Numbered from the stretch's first letter, positions 38,373-47,120 are shown. The stretch is 64,000 nucleotides of DNA from Deltaproteobacteria bacterium (GCA_012729055.1 JAAYDW010000032.1:1839-65838), one strand, 5' to 3'. Made by a program: numbers and translations. The notes: generated by a model not told the origin, from the sequence alone.

Positions 38373-39611
38373 CTATTTGCCCGGCGCTTTTTTTCCGTGT
38401 AATAAGTAGTAAAGAGGCACAGTGGCCAGCGCCAGGATCGCCATCGTTACATACAAGCCGCGATAACCGGTATAGGGAACCAGCAATCCGAGGAGATAAG
38501 GTCCGACACCGATTCCGAAATCCAGAAAAACATAATAAGTGGCTGTCGCCAGTCCGAAGCGCCGCGGGATTGTGGCCGATAAAGCGATCGTCTGGGCGCT
38601 GGACATGAAGTTTCCATAACCGATGCCGACCAGCGCTCCGGCCAGGACCAGGAATATGCCGTGATTGGCCTGGCTGAATAAAAACATTCCCAGCGCATAG
38701 ATCAGCAGGCAGGGATAGACGACAAAGTTGTCTCCCCGGATGTCGAGCAGGCGTCCGGCAATGGGCCTTGTAACCAGCGTGGCAACGGCCGACACGACGA
38801 AATAAAGGCCTGCGGCCTTTTCCAGGCGCAGCTCTCTGGTATAAATGGATATGAACGCAATGATCACGGAGCAGCTGAACCCGACGATTAAGGCGATCAC
38901 CGAGATGGGGATCGACTTGAATTCGAAGAAGTTGGAAAGATGGAAGCGGTGGACCTTTTTCCCTTCCTCCTCCTGGGGCGCAAGCTGAGCCGGCGCCTGC
39001 ACCAGGAAGGAGATGCCGAGACTCGCAGCGGCCAGCAGCGCAGTGAACAAGAAAACGGTTTTGAAATCAACCAGCTGAATCAGGAGAATCCCGATAAAAG
39101 GACCGATGGCCGAAGCCATGACGATGCTCAGGCCGTAATAGCCGATGCCTTCGCCGCGTCTGCGCTGCGGAAGCGTCTGCGCCACGATGGTCCCTGTGGC
39201 CGTGCTGACCACTCCGTGAGCCATTCCGTGCAGCAGCCTGACAAGAATCAACAGGGGCAGACTAACGGCCATAAAATACAGAACAAGGACGACAACAAAA
39301 AAGATGGCGCCGAAGCCCAGAACGCTCTTGCTTCCAAGGTCCGAAATAACACGCCCGGCGCTGAAGCGTCCGATCAGAGCGCCGATGATGAAGATGCTGG
39401 CGACGAGCCCCGCCGTGCTGACGGCGGCCTGAAAGCGTTCGATGGCATAGGAAGCGATGCTGACCATCAAAAGCAGATGGATCAGAAACACCAGAAAGTT
39501 GATAAAGGAAACAATGATAAAATTTTTTGTCCAGAGTTTATCCTGGTTCATATTCCCCGAATTTTGATCCATCAGCAAACGGTCCAGCAACCGCAACGCG
39601 ATCTCATTCAT
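38373..39611 (-). CDS. MFS transporter
   Basis: About 12 hydrophobic segments. Start taken as MNEIALRLL (ATG 39611); the ORF-track N-terminal extension is Arg-rich and unlikely to be coding. Confidence 0.8.
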   Translation of the reverse strand: MNEIALRLLDRLLMDQNSGNMNQDKLWTKNFIIVSFINFLVFLIHLLLMVSIASYAIERFQAAVSTAGLVASIFIIGALIGRFSAGRVISDLGSKSVLGFGAIFFVVVLVLYFMAVSLPLLILVRLLHGMAHGVVSTATGTIVAQTLPQRRRGEGIGYYGLSIVMASAIGPFIGILLIQLVDFKTVFLFTALLAAASLGISFLVQAPAQLAPQEEEGKKVHRFHLSNFFEFKSIPISVIALIVGFSCSVIIAFISIYTRELRLEKAAGLYFVVSAVATLVTRPIAGRLLDIRGDNFVVYPCLLIYALGMFLFSQANHGIFLVLAGALVGIGYGNFMSSAQTIALSATIPRRFGLATATYYVFLDFGIGVGPYLLGLLVPYTGYRGLYVTMAILALATVPLYYLLHGKKAPGK

Positions 39612-39848
39612 GAGTGGGAAAGCCGCCGCGCTGCTCCGCCGGGATGACCTTTCGGTCAGGCGCGGAGCGGTTCTCCGGCGGCGAACCGGTCTTGTCAGGA
39701 AGGCAAGATTCCGTGCGGCCGGCGCCGGCCCGGAAAAACAAAAACGGAATGGCGGCATCGTCCCGGCGCAAAGCGAACGCACGCCTCTCCTGTATCGCCC
39801 GGGCAAAGGCGCGCTTTCGCCGGACGCCGATCCGCATCCTGTTTGCGG

Positions 39849-40283
39849 TTATCCTTCGGGAGCAGCCGCCATTTTGCCTCTTTTGGACATCAACTCAAAG
39901 ATGGCGCCGCCCGGACCGCCGGCATCGACATAAGCGAACCGGCCCGGATCGTGAACGAGCACGGTGGCGCCGTCTTGCGCGAGCTTTGCCACCTCCGCAT
40001 CGACGTCGTCGACGAAAAATCCCAGGTGATGGATTCCTTCGCCCCATCGGTCGAGGAACTTCGATTGAAAGATCCTGCCTTCCGTACACTGGACCAGCTC
40101 GATTTCCACCGGACCCAGATAGGCAAAAGCCATCCGGATTTTCCAGGGACGTCCTTTGCCGTCCACCCCGCCGTTTTCCCGGAAAGTCCAGGGGCCGATG
40201 CCGTAAAGCGTTGTCCAGGACGCGATGACCTTGTCGATGTCCGTCACCGCATAACTGATGTGATCAACAGATGTCAGTTTCAT
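39849..40283 (-). CDS. VOC (glyoxalase/bleomycin-resistance/dioxygenase) family protein, methylmalonyl-CoA-epimerase-like
   Basis: HISYAVTDIDKV...GIHHLGFFVDD pattern. Confidence 0.8.
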   Translation of the reverse strand: MKLTSVDHISYAVTDIDKVIASWTTLYGIGPWTFRENGGVDGKGRPWKIRMAFAYLGPVEIELVQCTEGRIFQSKFLDRWGEGIHHLGFFVDDVDAEVAKLAQDGATVLVHDPGRFAYVDAGGPGGAIFELMSKRGKMAAAPEG

Positions 40284-40295
40284 GGTTTTTATCCT

Positions 40296-41084
40296 CTATG
40301 GTTGCTCCCGCCAGGACGGTTCGTCGTGAACGCGACCGCCATCGACGACAAGTGTTTCGCCGGTGATGTAGCTTCCCGCATCGGAGGCCAGAAACACCAC
40401 GGCGCCCGCCAGTTCGTCCGGTTCGCCCAGGCGCTGCAGCGGAATCCGGGAAACGGCTTTCCTGCTCACTTCCGGGTCTTTCCACAACGCTTCGCTCAGG
40501 CGCGTCTTGATAATGCCCGGCGCAATCGCGTTCACCCGGATATTGTAGGGCCCCCATTCCTTGGCCATCACCTTCGTCAGCATGACGACGCCCGCCTTCG
40601 TCACGCAGTAGATTCCCAGTTCGCCCGCGCGCAGACCGCCGATCGAGGACGTGTTGATGATGCTTCCCCCGCCCTGGGGGATCATGACTTTTGCCGCGAG
40701 CTGGCTTAAGAAGAACATGCCTTTGAGATTGACGTTCATCGTGATGTCGTAGGTTTTCTCGTCTTGTTCCAGAAGCGTTCCGTAATAGGGATTGGTTCCG
40801 GCGTTATTGACGAGAATATCAATCCGTCCGAATTCTTTTACGACTTTTTCCACCAGGGCCCGGGAGTCATCGATTTTGGCGTTATGGGCCGCAACGGCCA
40901 TTCCCTTCACGCCTTTGACGCGGATTTCCTCGGCGACCCGCTCCAGGTCCGCAATTTTTCTGCTGCTCACGACGACATGGGCGCCGGCGTCCGCCATGGC
41001 GAGCGCGCTTGCATAACCGATGCCGCGGCTGCCTCCGGTGACGATGGCGACTTTTCCTTCAAGTGAAAAACGGGAGAGATTCAT
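40296..41084 (-). CDS. SDR family oxidoreductase
   Basis: TGGSRGIG cofactor motif, NNAG, and the YxxxK region YCVTKAG. Confidence 0.9.
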   Translation of the reverse strand: MNLSRFSLEGKVAIVTGGSRGIGYASALAMADAGAHVVVSSRKIADLERVAEEIRVKGVKGMAVAAHNAKIDDSRALVEKVVKEFGRIDILVNNAGTNPYYGTLLEQDEKTYDITMNVNLKGMFFLSQLAAKVMIPQGGGSIINTSSIGGLRAGELGIYCVTKAGVVMLTKVMAKEWGPYNIRVNAIAPGIIKTRLSEALWKDPEVSRKAVSRIPLQRLGEPDELAGAVVFLASDAGSYITGETLVVDGGRVHDEPSWREQP

Positions 41085-41239
41085 GATGCGTTCCTTTCTT
41101 GTGCATTGCTATGTTTTGGAGGTCCATAGCACACAAGGCCGGACGGGTCAAATGACGCCGGATCATATAAGCTGCGCGGAGGTTGGGAACGGCGGCGGCG
41201 CCTTTCACGCGTTCCTGCTTGTTTTACGTCCGGCGCAGG

Positions 41240-41268
41240 TTGACCTTAAGACTCAGGCGGTGTAGAGT
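41240..41268 (+). promoter_or_regulatory. putative promoter of the HAD hydrolase gene (TTGACC-N17-TAGAGT)
   Basis: Hexamers read by eye. Confidence 0.5.
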
Positions 41269-41297
41269 ATTTTTAAAAAGACGGGAAACCAGGCGGC

Positions 41298-41936
41298 ATG
41301 ATCAAGGCAATCTTCTGGGACAATGACGGCGTGCTGGTCGATACGGAAGGACTTTTTTTTCGGGCCAACCAGGAGACGCTGGCAGGCGTGGGTGCGACGC
41401 TCAACTGGGATCAGTTTGCGGAAATCTCTCTGGCCCGGGGAGGAAGCGTTCTTACGCTTGCGGAAAAACCGGGAACGGAGGCCTTTTACAACCTGCGCCG
41501 CATCCGGGATGCCCGCTACGCCGATCTGCTCACGCGCGAACCGCTGGTGATCGACGGCGTTCGGGAAGCGCTGGACACGCTTCAGGGAAAGTATGCCATG
41601 GGGATCGTCACCAGTTCCGGGCACGAGCACTTCGAGATCATTCATCGGCGATCAGGACTTTTACCCTACTTTCAATTTGTGCTGACGATGAAGGATTGCG
41701 CGCATTTCAAGCCGCATCCCGAACCGTACCTCAAGGCCCAGGCGTTATGCGGATGCGCGCCGGAGGAATGCCTGGTCATTGAGGATTCGCCGCGCGGTCT
41801 GGCCTCCGCCGTGGGCGCGGGAATCCGCTGTGTTGTGATTCCGAGCCGGTTTACCGGCGCGAGCCCTTTCGCGGGAGCCTATAAAATTTTGAAAAGCGTT
41901 CGGGAGCTGCCGGCGGCGCTGGAGGCTCTGGCGTAG
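41298..41936 (+). CDS. HAD family hydrolase (phosphatase, subfamily IA)
   Basis: DNDGVLVDTE motif I and later HAD motifs. Confidence 0.85.
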   Translation: MIKAIFWDNDGVLVDTEGLFFRANQETLAGVGATLNWDQFAEISLARGGSVLTLAEKPGTEAFYNLRRIRDARYADLLTREPLVIDGVREALDTLQGKYAMGIVTSSGHEHFEIIHRRSGLLPYFQFVLTMKDCAHFKPHPEPYLKAQALCGCAPEECLVIEDSPRGLASAVGAGIRCVVIPSRFTGASPFAGAYKILKSVRELPAALEALA

Positions 41937-42002
41937 CCTTGGTCGGTAAGCGCCGGCACGCGAAAGCCTGCCGCCCATGTTTTGCGACCGGGGCAGGATG
42001 AA

Positions 42003-42030
42003 CCCTTTATATTGTGCCCTTTATATTGTT
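42003..42030 (+). repeat. 14-bp tandem direct repeat CCCTTTATATTGTG / CCCTTTATATTGTT
   Basis: Read directly; 13/14 identity. The second copy runs into a TTGACA hexamer. Confidence 0.9.
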
Positions 42031-42056
42031 GACACCGTTTTTGCTTTTTTTATACT
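42029..42056 (+). promoter_or_regulatory. orphan near-consensus sigma70-type promoter (TTGACA-N16-TATACT) in a convergent intergenic region
   Basis: Hexamers read directly. No plausible + strand gene lies downstream. Confidence 0.55.
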
Positions 42057-42167
42057 CCGGCAAAATACAATTTCCTGCCCATGTCCGTAGCGCGTCGGGC
42101 AGCTGGTAGGGACGGTTTTTTTCATGCGGCCAAGCTCGCCTCGCGCAGGATTTCCGGCGCACTGGCC

Positions 42168-42515
42168 CTAGGCGTTCTCCAAAAGCCTGGCCCGGATTTC
42201 ATTGGAGAGCGCGTACCAGCTCTGCACGCCGTTTTCCAGACGGTAGTAGTGCAGGATGTAGGCGGCTGACAGGAAGAGCAGGAGCGCCGTCAGCAGAATG
42301 TAGGGAACCGTGAAATGGACGAGCGACCACCCGAAGGCCAGGAGGAAGAAGAGGCAGACGAACATCATCGTGATGAGATGCGCCAGGCGTTCGTGTTGAA
42401 TCCAGGAAATCTGTTTGTCGTGATACGCCAGCAGCTCGGCGAGCGCTTCCTTTGCCGGCCGGCCGGCGAGCAGATCCCGGACGCGGCTTTCGTGCCTCCG
42501 CATGTAGTCGATCAT
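42168..42515 (-). CDS. small membrane protein (hypothetical), translationally coupled to the upstream methyltransferase
   Basis: 115 aa with two hydrophobic helices. Its ATG overlaps the upstream stop (ATGA). Confidence 0.5.
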   Translation of the reverse strand: MIDYMRRHESRVRDLLAGRPAKEALAELLAYHDKQISWIQHERLAHLITMMFVCLFFLLAFGWSLVHFTVPYILLTALLLFLSAAYILHYYRLENGVQSWYALSNEIRARLLENA

Positions 42516-43084
42516 AAACCTTTTCTCCTTTTTTTCGCAATGCAGCCTGTTTTCGGAAAAAACATCGGCGTTTTTTTCCTGTAGTCCAGATAGTTCCGGC
42601 CCAGACGCATCGCCAGTTCCGGCTCCTCGATGATTTTCAACTCCAGGACACTCAATAAAATGAAAAGCGGCGTGAAGATCAAAAGCAGCGTCAGCGATTG
42701 CAAAACAAAACCAAGCCCGAAAAGCAGCAGGAACATTCCGGTCAGCATCGGATTTCGGGTGAAAGCGTAAGGACCGGAAGCCACCAGGACGGGCGGCGGA
42801 TGGATGGGCACCGGAGTGCCTTTTTTCTTCACAAAATGAAAAACGCACCAGGTCAGCAGAAGCAGCGCGGCTGCCATAACGGGAAAACCGAGATGCCGAT
42901 GATACGGCGCGGGAGGAAAGGAGGGAAGGTTCAGCCGCCTGTCGGTCACGAGGGCCAGAAGCACGAAAAAAATCGCGCAAAGAAAAAAGCACAGACCCAC
43001 AGCCGGCGCAAGCAGCAGGCGAATTTTTCTGTCGCCGGTGGCAACCCGGTTAATCAGGCCGATCCATTTTATCCGGACGTTCAT
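42512..43084 (-). CDS. isoprenylcysteine carboxyl methyltransferase (ICMT/PEMT) family membrane methyltransferase
   Basis: GPYAFTRNPMLTG... and EEPELAMRLGRNYLDYRKKTP blocks. ATG 43084 is preceded by AAAGGAAAG. Confidence 0.8.
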   Translation of the reverse strand: MNVRIKWIGLINRVATGDRKIRLLLAPAVGLCFFLCAIFFVLLALVTDRRLNLPSFPPAPYHRHLGFPVMAAALLLLTWCVFHFVKKKGTPVPIHPPPVLVASGPYAFTRNPMLTGMFLLLFGLGFVLQSLTLLLIFTPLFILLSVLELKIIEEPELAMRLGRNYLDYRKKTPMFFPKTGCIAKKRRKGL

Positions 43085-43094
43085 TGCTTTCCTT

Positions 43095-43940
43095 TTACGA
43101 ATCTTCATCAAGGCTGTCTGTTTCCCGTCGCTGCTTGTCTTTTTGCTCGCGCGCGGCCGGATCCTGCCGGTAGTATCCTTTCAGCACCCGGTAAAGCTCA
43201 GGCGCGGCCCGGCGCATGCGAAGCGGCTGGTCGAAAAAATGTTCCGTGGCGACGGCGAAGAATTCCGCTTCGTCCGTCGCGCCGTATTCGTCGAGGAAGG
43301 TCCGCTTTCCTTTTTCCACGTCTTTCAGAAGTTTGGCAAATTCGCGCGAGCAGGTTTTGACCCAGTCGCGGTATTCGGCGCGGTCCCGCAGGCGGGGGGT
43401 GCCGTCCGCGATGCCGTCCTGCATGTCCAGTTTGTGGGCGAATTCGTGATACACCACGTTGTAGCCGCCTCCGGCGTAGCGGATGCTTTCCAAAACGGCA
43501 TCCCAGACCAGGATGAGCGGACCCTGTTCAAAAGCCTGGCCGGTGATGGGGTAGGCGGGCTCCAGCGGCTCCAGCGCGGTTTCAAAAAAGCCGATCCTGC
43601 GTTCGGGCAGAACCAGTTCGGAAGGATAGACGAGGATGGATTCGACATTGTCGAAGTCGGTGCGGGGCAGGTTTAAAATCAAGAGACAGGCCATGGCGGA
43701 AATGATGACGCGCATTTCATCCGTGAGCGCCAGCCCTCCGCAGCCTTCCCAGTTTTTTTCGGCTGCGAAAATGACGATCCGTTCGCGAAGCCGCTGCTGT
43801 TCGTCTTCATCCAGCATTCGGTAGTGCGCCATGTTGCGGCGGATCACGTCCTCCCAGCCGGTCGGAAAGGGCGCTTCTGCAAGTTTGCGGCGGCGGCGGT
43901 TTCTGAACCAGTCAAACATTTCAGATTCTCCAGGAATCAT
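43095..43940 (-). CDS. mtfA: M90 family metallopeptidase MtfA-like
   Basis: HEFAH zinc motif and EFFAVATEHFF block. The start may instead be MFDW (43919). Confidence 0.85.
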   Translation of the reverse strand: MIPGESEMFDWFRNRRRRKLAEAPFPTGWEDVIRRNMAHYRMLDEDEQQRLRERIVIFAAEKNWEGCGGLALTDEMRVIISAMACLLILNLPRTDFDNVESILVYPSELVLPERRIGFFETALEPLEPAYPITGQAFEQGPLILVWDAVLESIRYAGGGYNVVYHEFAHKLDMQDGIADGTPRLRDRAEYRDWVKTCSREFAKLLKDVEKGKRTFLDEYGATDEAEFFAVATEHFFDQPLRMRRAAPELYRVLKGYYRQDPAAREQKDKQRRETDSLDEDS

Positions 43941-43947
43941 TTTAATG

Positions 43948-43957
43948 CATACGTATG
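43948..43957. promoter_or_regulatory. 10-bp palindrome CATACGTATG in the divergent mtfA / GDSL-hydrolase intergenic region
   Basis: Read directly. 11/12 identical to ACATACGTATGT at 30998..31009. Confidence 0.35.
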
Positions 43958-44083
43958 TATCATAAAAAAATTCCGGTGAAAAACGGCATTTTTCCGACCG
44001 TCCGAAAGGAAGACGCGCACAAAACGTCCGAACATGATAAAATGAGAAAAAAAGACGGGAGATACAAGCCTGCCGGGAGAAGA

Positions 44084-44710
44084 ATGGAAAATAGAACGCG
44101 GAAAATGTCGCTTGTGCTTCTGTCGCTGGCGGTTCTCTGGACCGCTGCCGCCTGTTCGCGCCCCGTCGGACTTCCCCGGCTGGAAAAAGACGACGTGGTG
44201 GTCGCGTTCGGCGACAGCATTACTTACGGCGTCGGGGCGGCGCCGCAGGAAAGCTACCCCGCGGTTCTGGAGCGCCTCATCGGCCGGCGGGTCGTCAATG
44301 CCGGCGTTTCCGGGGAAGTGACCGCGGCCGGGCTGGCGCGTCTTCCGGAGGTTCTGCAACGGGAGAAACCGGCGCTCGTCATCCTCTGCCTGGGCGGCAA
44401 CGATTTTCTGCGGCGGCTCGACCGGAAGCAGGCGGCCTTAAACCTTCGGGCGATGGTGCGGCTTGCCCGTGAGAAAGGCGCGTCGGTAGCGCTGCTGGCC
44501 GTTCCTGCGCTGGGTCTGTCCGTTGCGCCGGATCCTCTCTACCGCGACCTCGCCTCCGACCTGATTACGCCGCTCGAAGAAAAAACCCTGTCCGATATTC
44601 TGGCCGACCGTTCCCTGAAAGCCGATCTGATTCATCCCAACGCAGCCGGCTACCGCAGACTGGCCGAAGCCGTCCGGGATCTTTTGAAAAAGAGCGGGGC
44701 CATTGAGTAA
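44084..44710 (+). CDS. SGNH/GDSL hydrolase (arylesterase/TesA-like) lipoprotein
   Basis: Lipobox-like AAAC, GDSITYG block I, GGND block III, HPN block V. Start is ATG 44084 or 44105. Confidence 0.85.
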   Translation: MENRTRKMSLVLLSLAVLWTAAACSRPVGLPRLEKDDVVVAFGDSITYGVGAAPQESYPAVLERLIGRRVVNAGVSGEVTAAGLARLPEVLQREKPALVILCLGGNDFLRRLDRKQAALNLRAMVRLAREKGASVALLAVPALGLSVAPDPLYRDLASDLITPLEEKTLSDILADRSLKADLIHPNAAGYRRLAEAVRDLLKKSGAIE

Positions 44711-44725
44711 CCCTGAGGAAGCGCC

Positions 44726-45097
44726 GTGTATTTACTCTTTGCCGATGCGGTCATCATCGTTCACTTTCTGTTTATTGTTTTCGTCGTCGCCGGCGGGTTC
44801 ATCGTCCTGTTCCATCCGCGCCTGGCCTGGGCGCACGTGCCCGCGGCGCTCTGGGGCGCGGCGATTGAATTTACCGGCTGGATTTGCCCGCTCACGCCGC
44901 TCGAGAATTCTCTGCGCCGCCTGGCCGGCGAGGCGGCTTACCGCGGCGATTTTATCGCGCACTACCTTGTTCCGGTCATCTACCCGCCGGGGCTGACTGC
45001 CGCCATGCAGTATGTTTTGGGAATCCTGGTGATCGCGGTAAACTTGGCGGTTTACACGTTTGTCCTCTACCGGCGTTATTTCCGGAAAGCCGCTTGA
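44726..45097 (+). CDS. DUF2784-like membrane protein
   Basis: 123 aa with 3-4 TM segments; WICPLTPLEN block. GTG start. Confidence 0.65.
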   Translation: MYLLFADAVIIVHFLFIVFVVAGGFIVLFHPRLAWAHVPAALWGAAIEFTGWICPLTPLENSLRRLAGEAAYRGDFIAHYLVPVIYPPGLTAAMQYVLGILVIAVNLAVYTFVLYRRYFRKAA

Positions 45098-45122
45098 GGG
45101 ATGGGCCTTTGGATAATCCGGA

Positions 45123-45142
45123 GCGGGAGAGGCGTCTCCCGC
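45123..45142. other. hairpin between the convergent DUF2784 and acyl-CoA dehydrogenase genes (GCGGGAGA-GGCG-TCTCCCGC)
   Basis: 8-bp stem with tetraloop read directly. No adjacent T-tract on either strand. Confidence 0.35.
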
Positions 45143-45156
45143 CCCGGACAAAAAGG

Positions 45157-46989
45157 TTATTCCGGCAGATAGGACGCTTCGGAAATTTCCATCACCGAAG
45201 CGTCGCCTTCCTTGATGACGCGCAGGATCATGCCCACGTTGGGCAGAATGTTGCGGGCGAAGAATTTGGCCGAGGCTACCTTGCCCGCATAGTACGGATA
45301 TTCGAAATGTTTCTTGCCGATTTCGGCGATTTTCTTTCCGCAGAGAAGCGCATGCTCCAGCAGCAGTTTCGCGCCGTAAAGATAGCCCGTCGCGTGCAGA
45401 ATGCGGGTGGCGAAAAAGCCGATCATGCCGAACTTGCCCTGGCCCAGGTAGCCGGCCATGGTGGTCTGGATTTCCCTGTACTGGCCGAGCGCTTCGGCCA
45501 AGAGCGCCACTTCCGCGGCCAGCTCGGGATGATCTTTGTTGTCCGCGGCGAATTTTTCGAGTTCGGTAAACCAGAGATTGAACACCTGCCCGCCGGCCAT
45601 CATCCACTTGCGGCCGATCAGGTCCATGGACTGAATGAAGTTGGTGCCTTCCCAGATCGGGTATATCCGGCAGTCGCGAAGCTGCTGGGCGATGGGGTAG
45701 TCCTCGGAAAAGCCGTAGCCGCCGTAGCACTGCATGGCTTCGGAGATGCTGAGAAACGCCAGATCGGAACACCAGGCCTTGACAATCGGAATGTTGACTT
45801 CCACGAACGCCTTGGCGCGCTTGCGCTCGTTTTCATCGTCGGTGTTTTCGGCGATGTCCATGCAGTAATACGACATGGCGATCATCGCCCGGCTGGCTTC
45901 GGTGACAGCTTTCTGAAACATGAGCATGCGGCGGACGTCCTCGTGATGGATGATGGTGACGCGGCCTGCTTTGGGATTGGTGAGCTGACGCCCTTGAATG
46001 CGGCCCGCGGCGTACAGGGCCGCGTTGTTGTAGGAAACCGTAGCGGCCGCGAGCGCCGCCAGACCCGTGACGGTGCGCTCCTCGTTCATCATCTGGAACA
46101 TCTGGGCCATGCCCGCGCCTTTGCCGTCCACCGGCGGATCGCCCAGCAGATAGCCCCGGCACTTGCCGTCCTCACCGAAGTTGATGATGCTCGTGGCCGA
46201 TCCCCGAAGCCCCAGCTTGTGCTCGACGCCGCCGCAGTTGACGTCGTTGAACTCGCCTTTTTCGCCGTCCGGCGTGTGCCAGTACTTGGGAACGACAAAC
46301 AGGGAGATGCCCTTGGTGCCCGGCGCCGAGCCTTCGATGCGGGCCAGCGTGAGATGGACGATGTTTTCCGTGATGTCCTGATCGCCGCCGGTAATGAAGC
46401 ATTTGGTGCCGACAATGTTGTAAATCCCCGGTTCGCCGGTGGGCGTGGCTTTGGTAGTGATGTCCCCCACATCCGATCCGCTGTTGGGCTCGGTGAGGTC
46501 CATTGTTCCGGACCACCGGCCGGAATACATTTTCGGCAGGAAGAGGTTTTTGATCTTTCCGCTGCCGAAGTCCCGGATCAGGCCGGCGGCGCCGGTGGTG
46601 GCCATGACGTACGGGCCGGACGCGGCGTTGGCGGCGGCCAGGTACTCGTTGGTGCAGCCCATGACGCACAGCGGCAGCGAACTGGGGTCGGAGTGGTCGG
46701 CGTTGCTGGACCCCAGGCCGTTTTCCTGCACCGTCCAGTAAGGCTTCTTGAACGATTCGGGAGTCGTGACCTTGCCGTCTTTGTAAACGGCGTGCAGCTT
46801 ATCGCCGTCTTCGTTGGTCGGGGCGACGACTTCTTTGGCGATTTTGAGCGCGTTTTCCAGGATGGAATCGAGGTCGTCAATCGTGTAGCCCCCTTTGAAC
46901 CGTCCGTGTTCAAAGACTTTGGACATGTCGAGCCACTCTTTGAGGATAAACTTGTGTTCGCGGGTGGAATAAACAAAATTTGCTGCCAT
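45157..46989 (-). CDS. long (about 600 aa) acyl-CoA dehydrogenase
   Basis: MDLTEPNSGSD and KCFITGGD blocks, plus the C-terminal extra helical domain typical of FadE/AidB-sized ACADs. Confidence 0.9.
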   Translation of the reverse strand: MAANFVYSTREHKFILKEWLDMSKVFEHGRFKGGYTIDDLDSILENALKIAKEVVAPTNEDGDKLHAVYKDGKVTTPESFKKPYWTVQENGLGSSNADHSDPSSLPLCVMGCTNEYLAAANAASGPYVMATTGAAGLIRDFGSGKIKNLFLPKMYSGRWSGTMDLTEPNSGSDVGDITTKATPTGEPGIYNIVGTKCFITGGDQDITENIVHLTLARIEGSAPGTKGISLFVVPKYWHTPDGEKGEFNDVNCGGVEHKLGLRGSATSIINFGEDGKCRGYLLGDPPVDGKGAGMAQMFQMMNEERTVTGLAALAAATVSYNNAALYAAGRIQGRQLTNPKAGRVTIIHHEDVRRMLMFQKAVTEASRAMIAMSYYCMDIAENTDDENERKRAKAFVEVNIPIVKAWCSDLAFLSISEAMQCYGGYGFSEDYPIAQQLRDCRIYPIWEGTNFIQSMDLIGRKWMMAGGQVFNLWFTELEKFAADNKDHPELAAEVALLAEALGQYREIQTTMAGYLGQGKFGMIGFFATRILHATGYLYGAKLLLEHALLCGKKIAEIGKKHFEYPYYAGKVASAKFFARNILPNVGMILRVIKEGDASVMEISEASYLPE

Positions 46990-47055
46990 AACTCGTGCTC
47001 TCCTTCCTTACCCGGTAGAATTGAAGAAGCGGGTTTGGCGCATTGTAAGAAAAAG

Positions 47056-47070
47056 TTGACTCCAAGTCAA
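47056..47070. promoter_or_regulatory. 15-bp inverted repeat TTGACT-CCA-AGTCAA in the divergent ACAD / BASS-transporter region (candidate operator)
   Basis: Read directly. Confidence 0.4.
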
Positions 47071-47120
47071 TGATGTATAAAATCAAAGATCTTGATAAGA
47101 TAGCTCTTGTCTGGTAAACA

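Noticed and set aside
42081-42269. 62-aa + strand ORF downstream of the orphan promoter
   Set aside because: No SD. The product is Arg/Ala-rich and overlaps the 3' end of the minus-strand membrane-protein gene. Likely non-coding.
44884-47073. 729-aa + strand ORF antisense to the acyl-CoA dehydrogenase gene (longest ORF in that region)
   Set aside because: Low-complexity Arg/Gly/Ala/Phe-rich product spanning an intergenic region. The minus-strand ACAD has recognisable family blocks and a proper SD/start.
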